Shown: in pieces, positions 19,500-30,019 of the stretch
Numbering within the stretch: position 1 is the stretch's first letter
Layout: each line of letters starts with the position of its first letter
Source of the DNA: Patescibacteria group bacterium
GTDB taxonomy: Bacteria > Patescibacteriota > Patescibacteriia > CAIXNZ01
NCBI GenBank assembly: GCA_028714455.1
Contig: JAQTMG010000002.1
Coordinates: 38,047-102,046 of the forward strand
DNA length: 64,000 nt
Direction of reading: 5' to 3'
The notes under the pieces: generated by a model
Databases searched by the model: none
What the model saw: only the letters and a program-made list of their open reading frames with translations
Told to the model about the DNA's origin: nothing
Program-made: the position numbers and the translations under genes

Positions 19500-20188
19500 G
19501 AAAATTTAACCAGACAATTGTAATTTCAGTTGGCGGATCATTAATTTGTCCCGAGAGTATTGATGTGGATTTTTTAAAAGATTTTAAAAAGGTTATTTTA
19601 GATTACATCAAAGAAGATAATCGGGTGATTTTGGTTGCCGGTGGAGGAAAAATTTGCCGAAAATATAATGAGGCAGTCAAACAATTAGAAGATAATTTAT
19701 TAGCCGAACAACTCGATGCCATGGGAATTAGAGCCACAAAATTAAATGCCGAGCTGGTCAGATTGGCTTTTGGCGAATTAGCTTATAATAAAATTTTAGA
19801 TGCACCAGATGAAAAAGTTATTAGCGATAAACAAGTTATTGTGGCTGGCGGCTGGAAACCTGGCGCCTCTTCAGACAATATGGCCGTGAATTTGGCTAAA
19901 TTTTTTGGCGCTAAAAAAGTCATTAACTTGAGCAATATAGATTATGTTTATGACAAAAATCCCAAAGAGTTTAAAGACGCCAAGCCGATTCCGAAAATGA
20001 CTTGGCCTGAATTTTTTCAACTAGTGGGTGAAGATTGGAAACCTGGCATGAACGCGCCATTTGATCCGATTGCCAGCAAATTAGCGCAAGAATTAAAATT
20101 GGAAGTGGCTGTTTTAAACGGAAAGAATACTAATAATCTTATGAGTTATTTGAAAGAGGAAAAATTTATAGGAACGATAATATCTTAA
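19496..20188 (+). CDS. pyrH: UMP kinase, archaeal type
   Basis: ISVGGS, GGGKICRKY, GWKPG.SSD, DYVYDKNPK, PFDPIA. Confidence 0.9.
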   Translation: MRKFNQTIVISVGGSLICPESIDVDFLKDFKKVILDYIKEDNRVILVAGGGKICRKYNEAVKQLEDNLLAEQLDAMGIRATKLNAELVRLAFGELAYNKILDAPDEKVISDKQVIVAGGWKPGASSDNMAVNLAKFFGAKKVINLSNIDYVYDKNPKEFKDAKPIPKMTWPEFFQLVGEDWKPGMNAPFDPIASKLAQELKLEVAVLNGKNTNNLMSYLKEEKFIGTIIS

Positions 20189-20196
20189 GAAAAAAT

Positions 20197-21078
20197 TTAT
20201 AACAATGAGTTAGCATCAAATTTCGGCGTGTAATTTTTGTCAGCCGATTCCAGTTCCTGAAAGTAACCGCCAGCAAATTTTAAATCTTCATAATATTTTT
20301 TAATCTCATTATATTCTACGGATGAGATTTTTTTATTTAGTTCAGGATATTGATCGGCTAAATACATCGGGTAGTATTGGCTCATTAAACTAACCCAAAC
20401 TTTATCGCCAAAATTTTCCTTGATTGATTTCAGAATCCGTTTGGAATCTTCAATCTGGTCCGGCAAAATTAAGTGTCTGATGATAACGCCTTTTTTGATT
20501 AAGCCGTTTGAACCTAGTTTAACCTCGCCAATCTGATTTACCATCTCGGTAATGGCGTTAAGGGCGGTTTTAAGGTAGTTTGGGGCCTTGGAATAGCGAA
20601 TGGCTAATTCATTATTATAATATTTAAAATCAGGCAAATAAATGTCGACCAAACCGTTTAGTTGTTTTAAGGTTTCAACTTTTTCATAAGCATTGGAATT
20701 CCAAACGATTGGCAATTTTGTCTTGGCTTTTATTTCAGGTAGTAGCTTAATTAGCAGATGAGAATAGGGTGTCGGGGTGACAAAGTTTAAATTATGAGCG
20801 CCCTGTTTTTTTAATTTTAAACAAAGATCGATAAAATCATTCTCGCTAACTATTTTTCCTTGTCCCAATTGGGAAATTTGGTAATTTTGGCAATAAACAC
20901 ACTTGAGGTTGCAATGGGAAAAGAAAATCGCGCCAGAACCAATAGCGCCGGAAATGCATGGTTCTTCCCATTTATGAAGCTGAATATGGGCAATTTTAAA
21001 ATCAGCCGGGGCCTGGCAGACACCGAAAGAGTTTATTCTATCGGCACTACAGTTGTGCGGGCAAAGGTTACATTTCAT
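20197..21078 (-). CDS. PflX-like radical SAM protein
   Basis: CNLCPHNC, WEEPCISG, CNLKCVYCQN, DIYLPDFKY, IIRHLILP. Confidence 0.9.
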   Translation of the reverse strand: MKCNLCPHNCSADRINSFGVCQAPADFKIAHIQLHKWEEPCISGAIGSGAIFFSHCNLKCVYCQNYQISQLGQGKIVSENDFIDLCLKLKKQGAHNLNFVTPTPYSHLLIKLLPEIKAKTKLPIVWNSNAYEKVETLKQLNGLVDIYLPDFKYYNNELAIRYSKAPNYLKTALNAITEMVNQIGEVKLGSNGLIKKGVIIRHLILPDQIEDSKRILKSIKENFGDKVWVSLMSQYYPMYLADQYPELNKKISSVEYNEIKKYYEDLKFAGGYFQELESADKNYTPKFDANSLL

Positions 21079-21219
21079 ATTTATTTAGTATAAAGCTTTA
21101 AATATTTTTGTAAACTTGCCAAAATAATTAAAAAGCCTTAAGATTAAGGCGCCGAAAGGCTTGATAATAAAGAATTCCAGTTCGGACCTTGAAAATAAAA
21201 TAATAAAAAGGAGGAAGTA

Positions 21220-22722
21220 ATGGGAAAAGGAAGTAGGGGTAATAGAGGGAGAGGAAAGTTCAGTCTGCCGCCTTCGTTGAGAGCTCTTCCGCCCAGATTT
21301 GACAGAAAGCCAGATCTTGTTTTGGTAAGTGAACCTAAGTCGAGGATATTCAAACCGCTGAAGATAGACAGTTCGCCAAAAAAAGTTTTTATTTTGGATA
21401 CCTCGGTTCTTATCCACGATCCTGAATCAATCGAATATCTGGCCGGTAACGGCAATCTGGTGGTGGTCTTGTCCTGCGTTATTCAGGAGCTGGATCATTT
21501 AAAGATGTCGGAGAATGATGCCGTGGCGCGGGCATCTCGGGAAGCGACCCGAAAAATGGAAAAATATCAGTTGAGAGGTAATTGCCGGCGCGGCGTAAAA
21601 GCCGACAGAGGCGGTTACATCATTTTCGTGGAAGCCGATTTGGATAATCTTTTTGTGGCCGATTCGATCTTGATTGAATACGCCCGATCGCAAGTCATCA
21701 AGGAATTAAGGGCGCAGTCGGTCATCATCGTCAGTAAAGACACCAACTTGCGCTTGGCGGCCAGAACCAAGGGCGTAACCGCGGAAGATTACAACACTGA
21801 CAAGGTATCGAATCCCGAGAGCTTGTTGCCCGGCTTCTCTGAATTTAAAGTTCCCCTGAATGAGGTAGAGTTTAAAAAAGGAGAATGCGGTCGTGAAAAA
21901 GAAAGGAAATTTGTCTTGATGCTGGACGACAGTATCCTCGCGCAGCACATTGACGTGAACAAGCTCAAGGAAAATAACTGCTGTAAAATAATTCTGGCCA
22001 ATGGAAATGTATTGTATACGATTTTCAAGAAAAGCCTGGGCGCCTTTTCGCTTTTTCACAGAGATTTCAAAAGGATAAAGCCGAAAAATGACGAACAGAC
22101 ATTTGCTCTGGCCCTGCTTTTCGACCCGACCATAGAGCTGGTGGCTTTGCCGGGTCCAGCCGGCACGGGCAAAACTTTACTGTCGCTTTTGGCGGGCTAT
22201 GTACAGCTTGACGATCTTTATCGCAAAATACTAGTGCTTCGCCCGATTGAGACAGTGGGCCGAGATCTCGGTTCTTTGCCCGGCGACCAGAGTGAAAAAT
22301 TCGCGCCTTGGCAGCTGCCGATTATTGACAATTTTAATTTAATTCTGGGCGTGAATGAGAATGAAAGGCCGAGGAAGGGTAGAGAAACCAGGAGTGATGA
22401 TTTTGAGCAATACAACCAGCTGGAGATTTCGCCCTACATCTATATCAGGGGCAGAAGCATAAAGGGTGAATTCATGATCGTTGACGAGGCTCAAAATATT
22501 CCGCCCAAAGATCTTAAGACAATCGTGTCCCGAGCCGGACAGAACACCAAGGTCGTGGTTATCGGTGACCCGGAACAAATCGATCACCATTATCTTGACC
22601 GGAGTTCCAACGGTTTGATCGTATTGATAAAGAAGATGATCGGCTTGCCGCTTTTTGGCTCGGTCACTTTGAAAACAAGCGAAAGGTCAGAGCTTTCTGG
22701 CCTGATAGCTAGCTTAATGTAA
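21220..22722 (+). CDS. PhoH2-type PIN + PhoH ATPase protein
   Basis: LDTSVL PIN motif, GPAGTGKT, RGRS, DEAQN, GDPEQID. Confidence 0.92.
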   Translation: MGKGSRGNRGRGKFSLPPSLRALPPRFDRKPDLVLVSEPKSRIFKPLKIDSSPKKVFILDTSVLIHDPESIEYLAGNGNLVVVLSCVIQELDHLKMSENDAVARASREATRKMEKYQLRGNCRRGVKADRGGYIIFVEADLDNLFVADSILIEYARSQVIKELRAQSVIIVSKDTNLRLAARTKGVTAEDYNTDKVSNPESLLPGFSEFKVPLNEVEFKKGECGREKERKFVLMLDDSILAQHIDVNKLKENNCCKIILANGNVLYTIFKKSLGAFSLFHRDFKRIKPKNDEQTFALALLFDPTIELVALPGPAGTGKTLLSLLAGYVQLDDLYRKILVLRPIETVGRDLGSLPGDQSEKFAPWQLPIIDNFNLILGVNENERPRKGRETRSDDFEQYNQLEISPYIYIRGRSIKGEFMIVDEAQNIPPKDLKTIVSRAGQNTKVVVIGDPEQIDHHYLDRSSNGLIVLIKKMIGLPLFGSVTLKTSERSELSGLIASLM

Positions 22723-22761
22723 TCATAAGCCCTTCCGCAAAAACGGAAGGGCTTTTTCTAT

Positions 22762-22790
22762 ATCCGCAGCAGCTTTTGGCGCAGGCGGAT
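22762..22790. repeat. REP-like palindrome, family B
   Basis: ATCCGCAGCAGCTTTTGGCGCAGGCGGAT between terminator and TTGACA; related to 37791 and 39190. Confidence 0.55.
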
Positions 22791-22828
22791 TTGACAAAAA
22801 TTATACTCCTGCTATACTGTATTTATAA

Positions 22829-22928
22829 CCGCAGACAATAGGTTTTCGCAAGATGTAAATCCTATCGAGGTTGTAAAATCAATAATTGATTTTTTATCGT
22901 ATTGTCTGTGGGAAACCGCAGATTTTTT
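22829..22928 (+). ncRNA. L10 ribosomal protein leader
   Basis: CCGCAGACAATAGG...TAAATCCTATCGAGG matches the L10-leader core; upstream of rplJ, after TTGACA-N16-TATACT. Confidence 0.75.
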
Positions 22929-23022
22929 TGTTTTAGATATTGGAGATTGGTGACTGGAGATTAGCGAAAGGAAAAATCCATTCCCTAATCTCTAATCCCT
23001 AATAAACTAATATCAAATAAAT

Positions 23023-23547
23023 ATGCCAAAAACTAAAGTACAAAAGAAGGAAATATTAGACGAACTAGTGGAAAAGCTCGGCAAGTTTAAGGCCGCTGTT
23101 TTTACTGATTATAAGGGCCTAACCGTGGCCGAAGCCAAAGAAGTTCGTAAGATGGCCAAGAAACAAAATGCCGAATACATCGTGGCCAAAAAGACCCTGA
23201 TTCAAAAAGCATTAGAACAAGTAGGCATTAAGGATATTGATGTAAAGAAAATGCAGGGTAATGTTTCATTAATCATTGGTTTTGAAGATGAAATCGGACC
23301 AGCCAAGGTTGCGGCTGAATTTGGCAGAAAACACGAGAGCCTGAAAATGATCGGCGGTATCATGGAAAACAAGTTTATTGATTTGGATCAGGTAATCGCT
23401 TTATCAAAGATTCCGCCCAAGATGGAATTGCTGACTCAATTAGTTGGCAGTCTGCAATCGCCGATTCGTGGTTTTGCCACTGTCTTGGCAGGCAATCTGC
23501 GCGGACTTTTAACCGCTTTGAACGCGATTAAAGAACAAAAAGTTTAA
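23023..23547 (+). CDS. rplJ: 50S ribosomal protein L10
   Basis: DYKGLTV, VAKKTL, followed by rplL. Confidence 0.95.
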   Translation: MPKTKVQKKEILDELVEKLGKFKAAVFTDYKGLTVAEAKEVRKMAKKQNAEYIVAKKTLIQKALEQVGIKDIDVKKMQGNVSLIIGFEDEIGPAKVAAEFGRKHESLKMIGGIMENKFIDLDQVIALSKIPPKMELLTQLVGSLQSPIRGFATVLAGNLRGLLTALNAIKEQKV

Positions 23548-23628
23548 ACGGCTTTGGGCTTAGAGCCTTGAGCTCGGTGCCCTTAGCTCGTAGCATTCAA
23601 TTATTATTAATAATTTATAAATAAAACT

Positions 23629-24027
23629 ATGGCAGAAAAAAAAGAAGTTACTGTCCCAGCTAAATTTAAATCTTTAGTTGAGGAAATCGAAAAAATGTCA
23701 GTGCTTGACCTCGCTGAATTAGTCAAAATTTTGGAAGACAAGTTCGGCGTTTCAGCCGCTGCGCCAATGGCAGTCATGGCCGGCCCGGCAGCCGCCGCTC
23801 CAGCCGCCGAAGCTAAATCAGAATTCAATGTTGAACTGGCTTCAGCCGGTGACAATAAGATCGGCGTGATTAAGGCCCTGAAAGACATTACCGGTCTTGG
23901 ACTGAAAGAGGCAAAAGATATGGTTGACGGCGCTCCAAAGATGATTAAGGAAAAGGTGAAGAAAGACGAGGCAGAAGCTATGAAGAAAAAGCTTGAAGAG
24001 GCTGGCGCTAGTGTTAATCTGAAATAA
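23629..24027 (+). CDS. rplL: 50S ribosomal protein L7/L12
   Basis: [25 protein letters not shown]. Confidence 0.97.
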   Translation: MAEKKEVTVPAKFKSLVEEIEKMSVLDLAELVKILEDKFGVSAAAPMAVMAGPAAAAPAAEAKSEFNVELASAGDNKIGVIKALKDITGLGLKEAKDMVDGAPKMIKEKVKKDEAEAMKKKLEEAGASVNLK

Positions 24028-24038
24028 AAAGTACAAAA

Positions 24039-24130
24039 AACCACCCTGTCATTCCGAATGTAATGAGGAATCTAGAACTTAATAATAAAAGTAATAGATC
24101 CTTCGCTACGCTCTGGATGACAGGGTGGTT
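24039..24130. repeat. REP-like stem-loop, family A copy 2
   Basis: AACCACCCTGTCATTCCGAATG...GCTCTGGATGACAGGGTGGTT between convergent genes. Confidence 0.85.
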
Positions 24131-26368
24131 TTATTTTATATGTGTGAGGTCGATTGAGTAGATTTGGTTGTTATTGACCAGATACATTTTTTTGTCTTTT
24201 TCTGACACATCAAAAGCTCGCAGGCCGTCAAATTTTGAACTGTAGTATTGGGTAATCAACTGGCCCTCTTTATCCAGCACGACAACTCTATTATTTTTCG
24301 GTTCCATGACGTAAATGTAATTTGTGCCATCGCTGGTTAAAAGCTGGGTTGGCGCTTCAAGGCCCGGGTCAAGGTTTTTTATGTCAAAAGTTTTTTGCGC
24401 GCCCTTGTTGAATTTATCAATCTTGCCCGTAGAATCAAGCAGCCAGATATTTGAATCAATGCCTAGCGACAAGATATTTTTCATGTCAAAAGGATTTTTT
24501 AGCCAGGTAGCGCCCGCGTCGTAGCCGGTTTCGCTCGAGGTGTATCTGTAAATTTGATTGTTAGACAAGTCAGCGGCATAGAGTCGGCCATTGTAAAAGG
24601 CAAAAGCAATAATTTTTCCTTTGGCCGGCAAGGTTAGGTCGATGGGCATGAAAGAACCGTTTTTGTGTTCCACAAAGCCGTTTTTATCCTGATAGGCGAG
24701 TATCTGATTGCCCGCGACTTTCACTTTAGTAATTTTGCCGATAGCTGACAAATTAGAAGTAAACGCATCTTGTTGTTTATTGGCTAAATTATATCGAAAG
24801 ACAGAGTTATTGTTGGAATCAAAGGCCAAGAGGAAGCCACTATAAAAAATTAGATTGGCGATGTTGGGTTTATTTTCCTCGCTCAAGTTAGCCAGTAGAG
24901 TCGGTTCTTCAATATCAACGATGTGGCGAAGTTTGGCAATGACCGCCTGGATTTCAGAATTTAAATTTTGATAGCTTTCTTTTTGCTTTTGCGAATTGAT
25001 GGGCAGGGTGGCCAGAATATTTTGCGCCTCCTCGATTTCGGTTCTGGCCTTGGCCTCGTCACCGATAATGATGTCTGACTCGGCCTGGGCCTTTTTTATC
25101 TCTATCTGGTCAACTATGCTTTGAAAAGCCGGATTATCAGTCGAATTATTTTTCACTTGTTTGAAATAAGCGGTTGAAAAAAGGAAGAGAATGACAAAAG
25201 CGATAACCACGGCTATGAGCAGTTTGGAAAAACGCGGTATTTTGGCCAATTGAGTTTTGAGATAAATAAGTTTTAAACGCAGCCAGAGCTTGGTTTTTTC
25301 CATTTTTTCGCCGTAGAAAGGAGTTCTCTGCAATGTTTTTCGAAACGACTTATTTAATTTCAGTTTGAGACTGCCCAGAGGCGCTTTGGTGGCTTCAAAG
25401 GCGCCGGTTTCGTCGTTCAAACTGGGCAGAGCCGGTTGCTTAGCAGCCATTTTACGCTCCTGCAGATTTTTTTCCATTGAATCCCACATTTTTTTGAGCG
25501 GAATCATGATGGCTCCGCCAAAACCCTTGGCAATCGACCAGAACGAGGGCGAGAGTAGTTTTTCGGTCGAGCTCTCTGTCTTGGTCAGATCGGAAATGGA
25601 AGTCACTGATTTTGGTATGGCTGATTGCGCTTCGTGTTCGCTGGAAGAATTTTTTACGATAATGGCCGCGAAGTTTTGGCCCTCGGTTTGGAGCAAAGAA
25701 TTTTTAAAATATTCAGCGGCCTTGTGAATGGGCAGGGAAGTGATGGTCTTTTGAATTCTTTCCAGCGTGACAAAATTCAGGAAACTGCTGTTGGAAAGAA
25801 ATAAATAGTCGGGCGGGTTTAATTCGCCTTCCATGAAATTGGAAAAGAGTTTGTGCGCGTTATCTGTTTTAATTTCATCGGAACTTTTTGTTTGCCTCAA
25901 GTCAATGGTCTTGTAATCCTGCTTGGTTTTATGAACCAGGTATAAAGAGATGTCATTGGAATAGGAAACGCAGAGCTTATTATGGTGCAGCACGCCCACG
26001 GCCAGATTTATTTTTTCCTTGATCGTGTTTTCATTCAAACTGCCGACCAGATAAAATTTCTTTTCCGCGATCAGCTGGTTAAATCTTTGGTTCACGCGTT
26101 CCAGGGCGCTCTCAAACGCGGCCGCGATGTCCTCACTATTTTCATCTGTCTCGCCGTAATACGATTCTTCCAGCGCGTCAATCAGCTGCGTGATAATGTA
26201 GGGGTTTTCCCGGCTGGGTACATTAATTTCAATAATGCCAAAAAGACGACCCATTTGGTCTTCCAGCGCCAGATTCGGCTCACTAATAAAAAGCTTGCAG
26301 GTCGAAGCCGCCCTGCTGCCGTAATAATTTATAAATATGTTGGCAAACTGACTGCTAAATTCAGGCAT
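24131..26368 (-). CDS. membrane-anchored hypothetical protein with C-terminal beta-propeller-like repeats
   Basis: 745 aa, central TM helix, NHL-like YAADLSNNQIY / YVMEPKNNRVVVLD. Confidence 0.75.
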   Translation of the reverse strand: MPEFSSQFANIFINYYGSRAASTCKLFISEPNLALEDQMGRLFGIIEINVPSRENPYIITQLIDALEESYYGETDENSEDIAAAFESALERVNQRFNQLIAEKKFYLVGSLNENTIKEKINLAVGVLHHNKLCVSYSNDISLYLVHKTKQDYKTIDLRQTKSSDEIKTDNAHKLFSNFMEGELNPPDYLFLSNSSFLNFVTLERIQKTITSLPIHKAAEYFKNSLLQTEGQNFAAIIVKNSSSEHEAQSAIPKSVTSISDLTKTESSTEKLLSPSFWSIAKGFGGAIMIPLKKMWDSMEKNLQERKMAAKQPALPSLNDETGAFEATKAPLGSLKLKLNKSFRKTLQRTPFYGEKMEKTKLWLRLKLIYLKTQLAKIPRFSKLLIAVVIAFVILFLFSTAYFKQVKNNSTDNPAFQSIVDQIEIKKAQAESDIIIGDEAKARTEIEEAQNILATLPINSQKQKESYQNLNSEIQAVIAKLRHIVDIEEPTLLANLSEENKPNIANLIFYSGFLLAFDSNNNSVFRYNLANKQQDAFTSNLSAIGKITKVKVAGNQILAYQDKNGFVEHKNGSFMPIDLTLPAKGKIIAFAFYNGRLYAADLSNNQIYRYTSSETGYDAGATWLKNPFDMKNILSLGIDSNIWLLDSTGKIDKFNKGAQKTFDIKNLDPGLEAPTQLLTSDGTNYIYVMEPKNNRVVVLDKEGQLITQYYSSKFDGLRAFDVSEKDKKMYLVNNNQIYSIDLTHIK

Positions 26369-26484
26369 ACTATAATAATTGACTTGTTTTTTATAAATGT
26401 ATTATACTAAAGATAGGGAAAATTTGAAAGGGTTTTACGCCTTTTCCGCCCATAATCATTGGCGCGGTAAAAAGACCTCAAAAT

Positions 26485-27075
26485 ATGCTTGAACAATTAT
26501 TTGGTTCACAATCTCGAGTCCGGCTCTTACAGATATTTTTGGCTAATCCGGATGAGAAATATTTTGTCAGAGAGCTGACCCGTTCTTTGAATTCCCAGAT
26601 AAACGCTGTCCGAAGGGAGCTGGAAAATCTGGAAGATTTAGGCGTGATTAAAATTTCTGAAGAAATTGAGGAAAAAAAGAATCAAAAAAAGAAATATTAT
26701 AAGGTGAACACTGATTTTATACTTTATCATGAATTGAAATCTATTTTTCAAAAGGCCCAATTTTTATTGGAAAAGAGATTCGCCAAATCAGTGCGCAAAA
26801 TCGGCAAGGTTTACTTTTTGGCCCTCACTGGCTCATTTGTGGGCAAAAAAGATGTGCCTATTGATATCATCGCCGTAGGTAGTCTGGGCAAGAAGAAATT
26901 TGAAAAGATAATTAGGAGTTTTCAAAAAGATCTGAAGAGGGAACTAAACTACACGCTTTTGGACAGGGAAGAATTTGATTACCGCCGCAGCGTGGCCGAC
27001 AGATTTTTGTACAACATTTTAGACAGCGACAAGATTGTTTTGATTGATGAGATTTTTAACCCGACTGAAGAATAA
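26485..27075 (+). CDS. winged-HTH regulator with nucleotidyltransferase-like C-terminus
   Basis: LFGSQSRVRLL, YFVRELTR, VRRELENL; LTGSFV...IDII. Confidence 0.75.
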   Translation: MLEQLFGSQSRVRLLQIFLANPDEKYFVRELTRSLNSQINAVRRELENLEDLGVIKISEEIEEKKNQKKKYYKVNTDFILYHELKSIFQKAQFLLEKRFAKSVRKIGKVYFLALTGSFVGKKDVPIDIIAVGSLGKKKFEKIIRSFQKDLKRELNYTLLDREEFDYRRSVADRFLYNILDSDKIVLIDEIFNPTEE

Positions 27076-27079
27076 AGCC

Positions 27080-27493
27080 ATGGTTTTATTTATCAATGCC
27101 GCCAAGGAAAAAGAACTTTCAGTTTATTTAATTGATAGGACTAAGATAAAAAATCGCCTCAAGCAAAAAGGCGATTTTAAAGTTTCAGAATATCTTTTGC
27201 TTTTGGTTGATAAACTGCTTAAGAAAAATAAAATTGGTTTTGGCGATCTAACTGGCATCATCACAGTCAGCGGCCCAGGACCTTTTACTTCAGTCAGAAT
27301 TGCAGTGGCAGTTGCCAACACTTTATCGTATTCGTTAAAAATTCCAGTTGTTGGTATAGAGTTTAAAAAACGTCAAAGCGAAGAGCAAATTATTAAGCAG
27401 GGTTTATCAGCACTTAAAAAAACCAAAATTGGTTCATATATAAAACCGGTTTACGGGGGAGAGGCAAACATAACCAGACCAAAGAAAAGATAA
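27080..27493 (+). CDS. tsaB: tRNA t6A biosynthesis protein TsaB (short form)
   Basis: GPGPFTSVRIAVAVANTL. Confidence 0.85.
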   Translation: MVLFINAAKEKELSVYLIDRTKIKNRLKQKGDFKVSEYLLLLVDKLLKKNKIGFGDLTGIITVSGPGPFTSVRIAVAVANTLSYSLKIPVVGIEFKKRQSEEQIIKQGLSALKKTKIGSYIKPVYGGEANITRPKKR

Positions 27494-27503
27494 GGAGGTA
27501 CTA

Positions 27504-27692
27504 ATGGCGATTGAGATCGATTGTGATTGCGGTAAAAGCTATTTAGTCGGACCACAAATGCTGACCGTTGAGAAAACAAAAGATGGTCCAATAGTCACAT
27601 TTACTTGTCCGCATTGTAGGGAAAAGCAGATGGCCCTCGCTAGAGAGATCAAGGAAAAGGAGGAATATAAAAATGGCAAGAAAAAGACCTGA
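27504..27692 (+). CDS. small zinc-ribbon protein
   Basis: CDCG...CPHC; AAGGAGG SD. Confidence 0.7.
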   Translation: MAIEIDCDCGKSYLVGPQMLTVEKTKDGPIVTFTCPHCREKQMALAREIKEKEEYKNGKKKT

Positions 27693-27915
27693 TCAAACAG
27701 CGAGTTCATTATTGAAAGGCAGACAGAGAATAAAAGACATACTTCTGAAGGCAGGAAAAGAGAGGAGGGTCGTTGATGCATCTGAGCTTTTTCCCGATTG
27801 CGGAGCTGATCGGGATAATGACATTTTAAGAACAGAAGTTCCACCAAAAATTCCATGCTGCATCGGTGTTAATGGGCCGCCATATAAACGCCTATTCCCA
27901 AAGCCAAGTTGTTAA
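27673..27915 (+). CDS. small hypothetical protein
   Basis: AAGGAGG SD; terminator 27901-27930. Confidence 0.55.
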   Translation: MARKRPDQTASSLLKGRQRIKDILLKAGKERRVVDASELFPDCGADRDNDILRTEVPPKIPCCIGVNGPPYKRLFPKPSC

Positions 27916-27954
27916 CAGCTTGGCTTTTTTATTTGATTCCAAGTTAATTTTGCC

Positions 27955-28056
27955 TGTGGATAGAGTGGTTGACGCGTATATTGCGGTGGGGTATAATGTA
28001 ATCAATGAGGGGAAAAGTGGATAAATGTGGGGATAACCCCGAAGAAGTGTGGATAA
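27955..28056 (+). promoter_or_regulatory. mraZ promoter with GTGG repeats (MraZ boxes)
   Basis: TTGACG...TATAAT plus GTGG repeated at ~10-nt spacing; one TGTGGATAA at 28048-28056. Confidence 0.65.
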
Positions 28057-28078
28057 GTCACTTTAGCTTAAAATCTTT

Positions 28079-28510
28079 ATGTTTATCGGCGAATATCAGC
28101 ACAATTTGGACGAGAAGGGACGACTGGCAGTACCAGCCAAGTTTCGCGCAACATTGGCTAAAGGCGCCGTGGTGACCAGGGGATTGGATAACTGTTTATT
28201 TGTCTACACTGCTTCTGAATGGGAAAAGCTGGCCGTTAAATTGGCTGCTTTGCCAATTAATAAAGCTAACACCCGCGCTTTTGCCCGCTTCATGCTAGCC
28301 AGCGCCATGGACGTACAGTTGGATAAACAGGGCAGAATAATTTTGCCAGAGTATTTGAGGCAGTACGCTTATCTCCGAAAAAAATCAATTGTGGCCGGTT
28401 TATATAATCATCTGGAAATCTGGGACGAAGATACTTGGAATAAATATAAGAAGGGAACTGAAAAGCAGAGTGGCAAGATCGCTGAAGCACTGGACGGACT
28501 GGGTGTTTAA
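28079..28510 (+). CDS. mraZ: transcriptional regulator MraZ
   Basis: MFIGEYQHNLDEKGRL, DKQGRI. Confidence 0.97.
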   Translation: MFIGEYQHNLDEKGRLAVPAKFRATLAKGAVVTRGLDNCLFVYTASEWEKLAVKLAALPINKANTRAFARFMLASAMDVQLDKQGRIILPEYLRQYAYLRKKSIVAGLYNHLEIWDEDTWNKYKKGTEKQSGKIAEALDGLGV

Positions 28511-28725
28511 TTTCTTTACAAATTATTGCAGTCGCGGAATATTCTATTTTTCGCTCCGCGCTGAATAAATATAATGTTTGTTTACGGCATTCATTATAGG
28601 CATCATTTCGATGTCTTAACAAAGTAATAATTTGCCAAAAACAAGCAGGGTTTTATCCAGGAGAGAAATGGCTATGCTTATCCTATTTCTCTCCTGTAAA
28701 AGCTTTTGTAAATTTTAGGAAAACA

Positions 28726-29655
28726 ATGTCTTTAAACCACACGCCGGTTTTACTCGAAGAAGCAATAAGGTATCTTGACCCCAAACCGGGTGAAAATTTT
28801 ATTGATGGCACTCTGGGCGCCGGCGGACACGCGCGAGCGATTTTAGAACACACAACGCCAGGCGGCAAACTTTTGGCCATTGATCTAGATATCAAAGCGA
28901 TTGAGCTGGCTAAAAATAATTTAACAGAATTCGCGGACAGAGTTTTATATACCAATGACAACTTTAAAAATTTAGAGAAGATAGCCAATGAATCTGAAAT
29001 TTCTGAATTTGACGGCATCTTGCTGGACCTCGGCTTATCAAGTATGGAACTCAATGACGAGAAAAGGGGATTTTCTTTCTCTAAAGATTCATTTCTGGAC
29101 ATGCGCTTTGGCAGCGGCGGTTTAACCGCGGCTGATGTCATTAATAAATATTCCGAGAATGAATTGATTAGAATTTTCAAGACTTACGGCGAAGAGAGGC
29201 ATGCCAAATTGATTGCGGCTGAAATCGTCAGACAGAGAAAAATCGGAAAAATTACCACCACGAATCAGCTAGTTAACATAATTGAAAAAGTTTATCAGGG
29301 AAAAGCCCGTCCGAAAATAAACGTGGCGACCAAAGTTTTTCAGGCCTTGAGAATAGAAGTGAACGGAGAACTAGAGAATTTGAAGCAAGTCTTACCCGTA
29401 GCTCTGAAGATTTTAAAAAAGGGCGGACGACTCGGCGTGATTTCCTTTCACTCGCTTGAAGACAGAATTGTCAAAGAATTTTTCAAAAAAGAAGCAAAAG
29501 ATTGTCTTTGTCCGCCGCAGGTTCCGGTTTGCGTCTGCGGTCACAAAGTAAGTTTGAAAATTTTAACCAAGAAAGTAATTATTCCATCAAACAAGGAATT
29601 AATAAATAATCCCAGAAGCAGAAGCGCCAAATTGCGCGCGGCCATTAAGCTCTAA
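28726..29655 (+). CDS. rsmH: 16S rRNA m4C1402 methyltransferase
   Basis: HTPVLL, DGTLGAGGH, FQALRIEVN, ISFHSLEDR, NPRSRSAKLR. Confidence 0.97.
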   Translation: MSLNHTPVLLEEAIRYLDPKPGENFIDGTLGAGGHARAILEHTTPGGKLLAIDLDIKAIELAKNNLTEFADRVLYTNDNFKNLEKIANESEISEFDGILLDLGLSSMELNDEKRGFSFSKDSFLDMRFGSGGLTAADVINKYSENELIRIFKTYGEERHAKLIAAEIVRQRKIGKITTTNQLVNIIEKVYQGKARPKINVATKVFQALRIEVNGELENLKQVLPVALKILKKGGRLGVISFHSLEDRIVKEFFKKEAKDCLCPPQVPVCVCGHKVSLKILTKKVIIPSNKELINNPRSRSAKLRAAIKL

Positions 29656-29659
29656 ATCT

Positions 29660-30019
29660 ATGACGAAATTTATGCTGGGCGGCAGATTTTCACATCTGGA
29701 TCGCACTACCAAAACTAGCGTGTTTAGCGAACAGGTACACAACAAGATGATTTTAGTTTTGCTCGTGGCCGCGATTTTTATGTGCTTTTTTGTTTATCTC
29801 TGGCAGGTTAATGGCATGGCTACCAAGGGTTATAAGATAAAAGATCTACAGACGAGAGTCTATGATTTGAAAGACCAGAATAAAAAATTAGAATTGCAAG
29901 TCGCTGATTTGCGCTCCAGCGCCAGAATTTCGGAGAAAATTAAGGAAATGAATTTAGTAGAAGTGGTCAGAATTGAATATCTTATTGATAATAGCGGTTC
30001 AGTGGCGGTTAATCGATAA
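29660..30019 (+). CDS. ftsL: FtsL-like cell division protein
   Basis: Single TM plus coiled coil, directly after rsmH. Confidence 0.65.
   Translation: MTKFMLGGRFSHLDRTTKTSVFSEQVHNKMILVLLVAAIFMCFFVYLWQVNGMATKGYKIKDLQTRVYDLKDQNKKLELQVADLRSSARISEKIKEMNLVEVVRIEYLIDNSGSVAVNR

Noticed and set aside
27955-28056. Replication origin suggested by DnaA-box-like GTGGATA motifs
   Set aside because: Only one perfect box, no dnaA/dnaN nearby, and GTGG repeats before mraZ are expected MraZ sites
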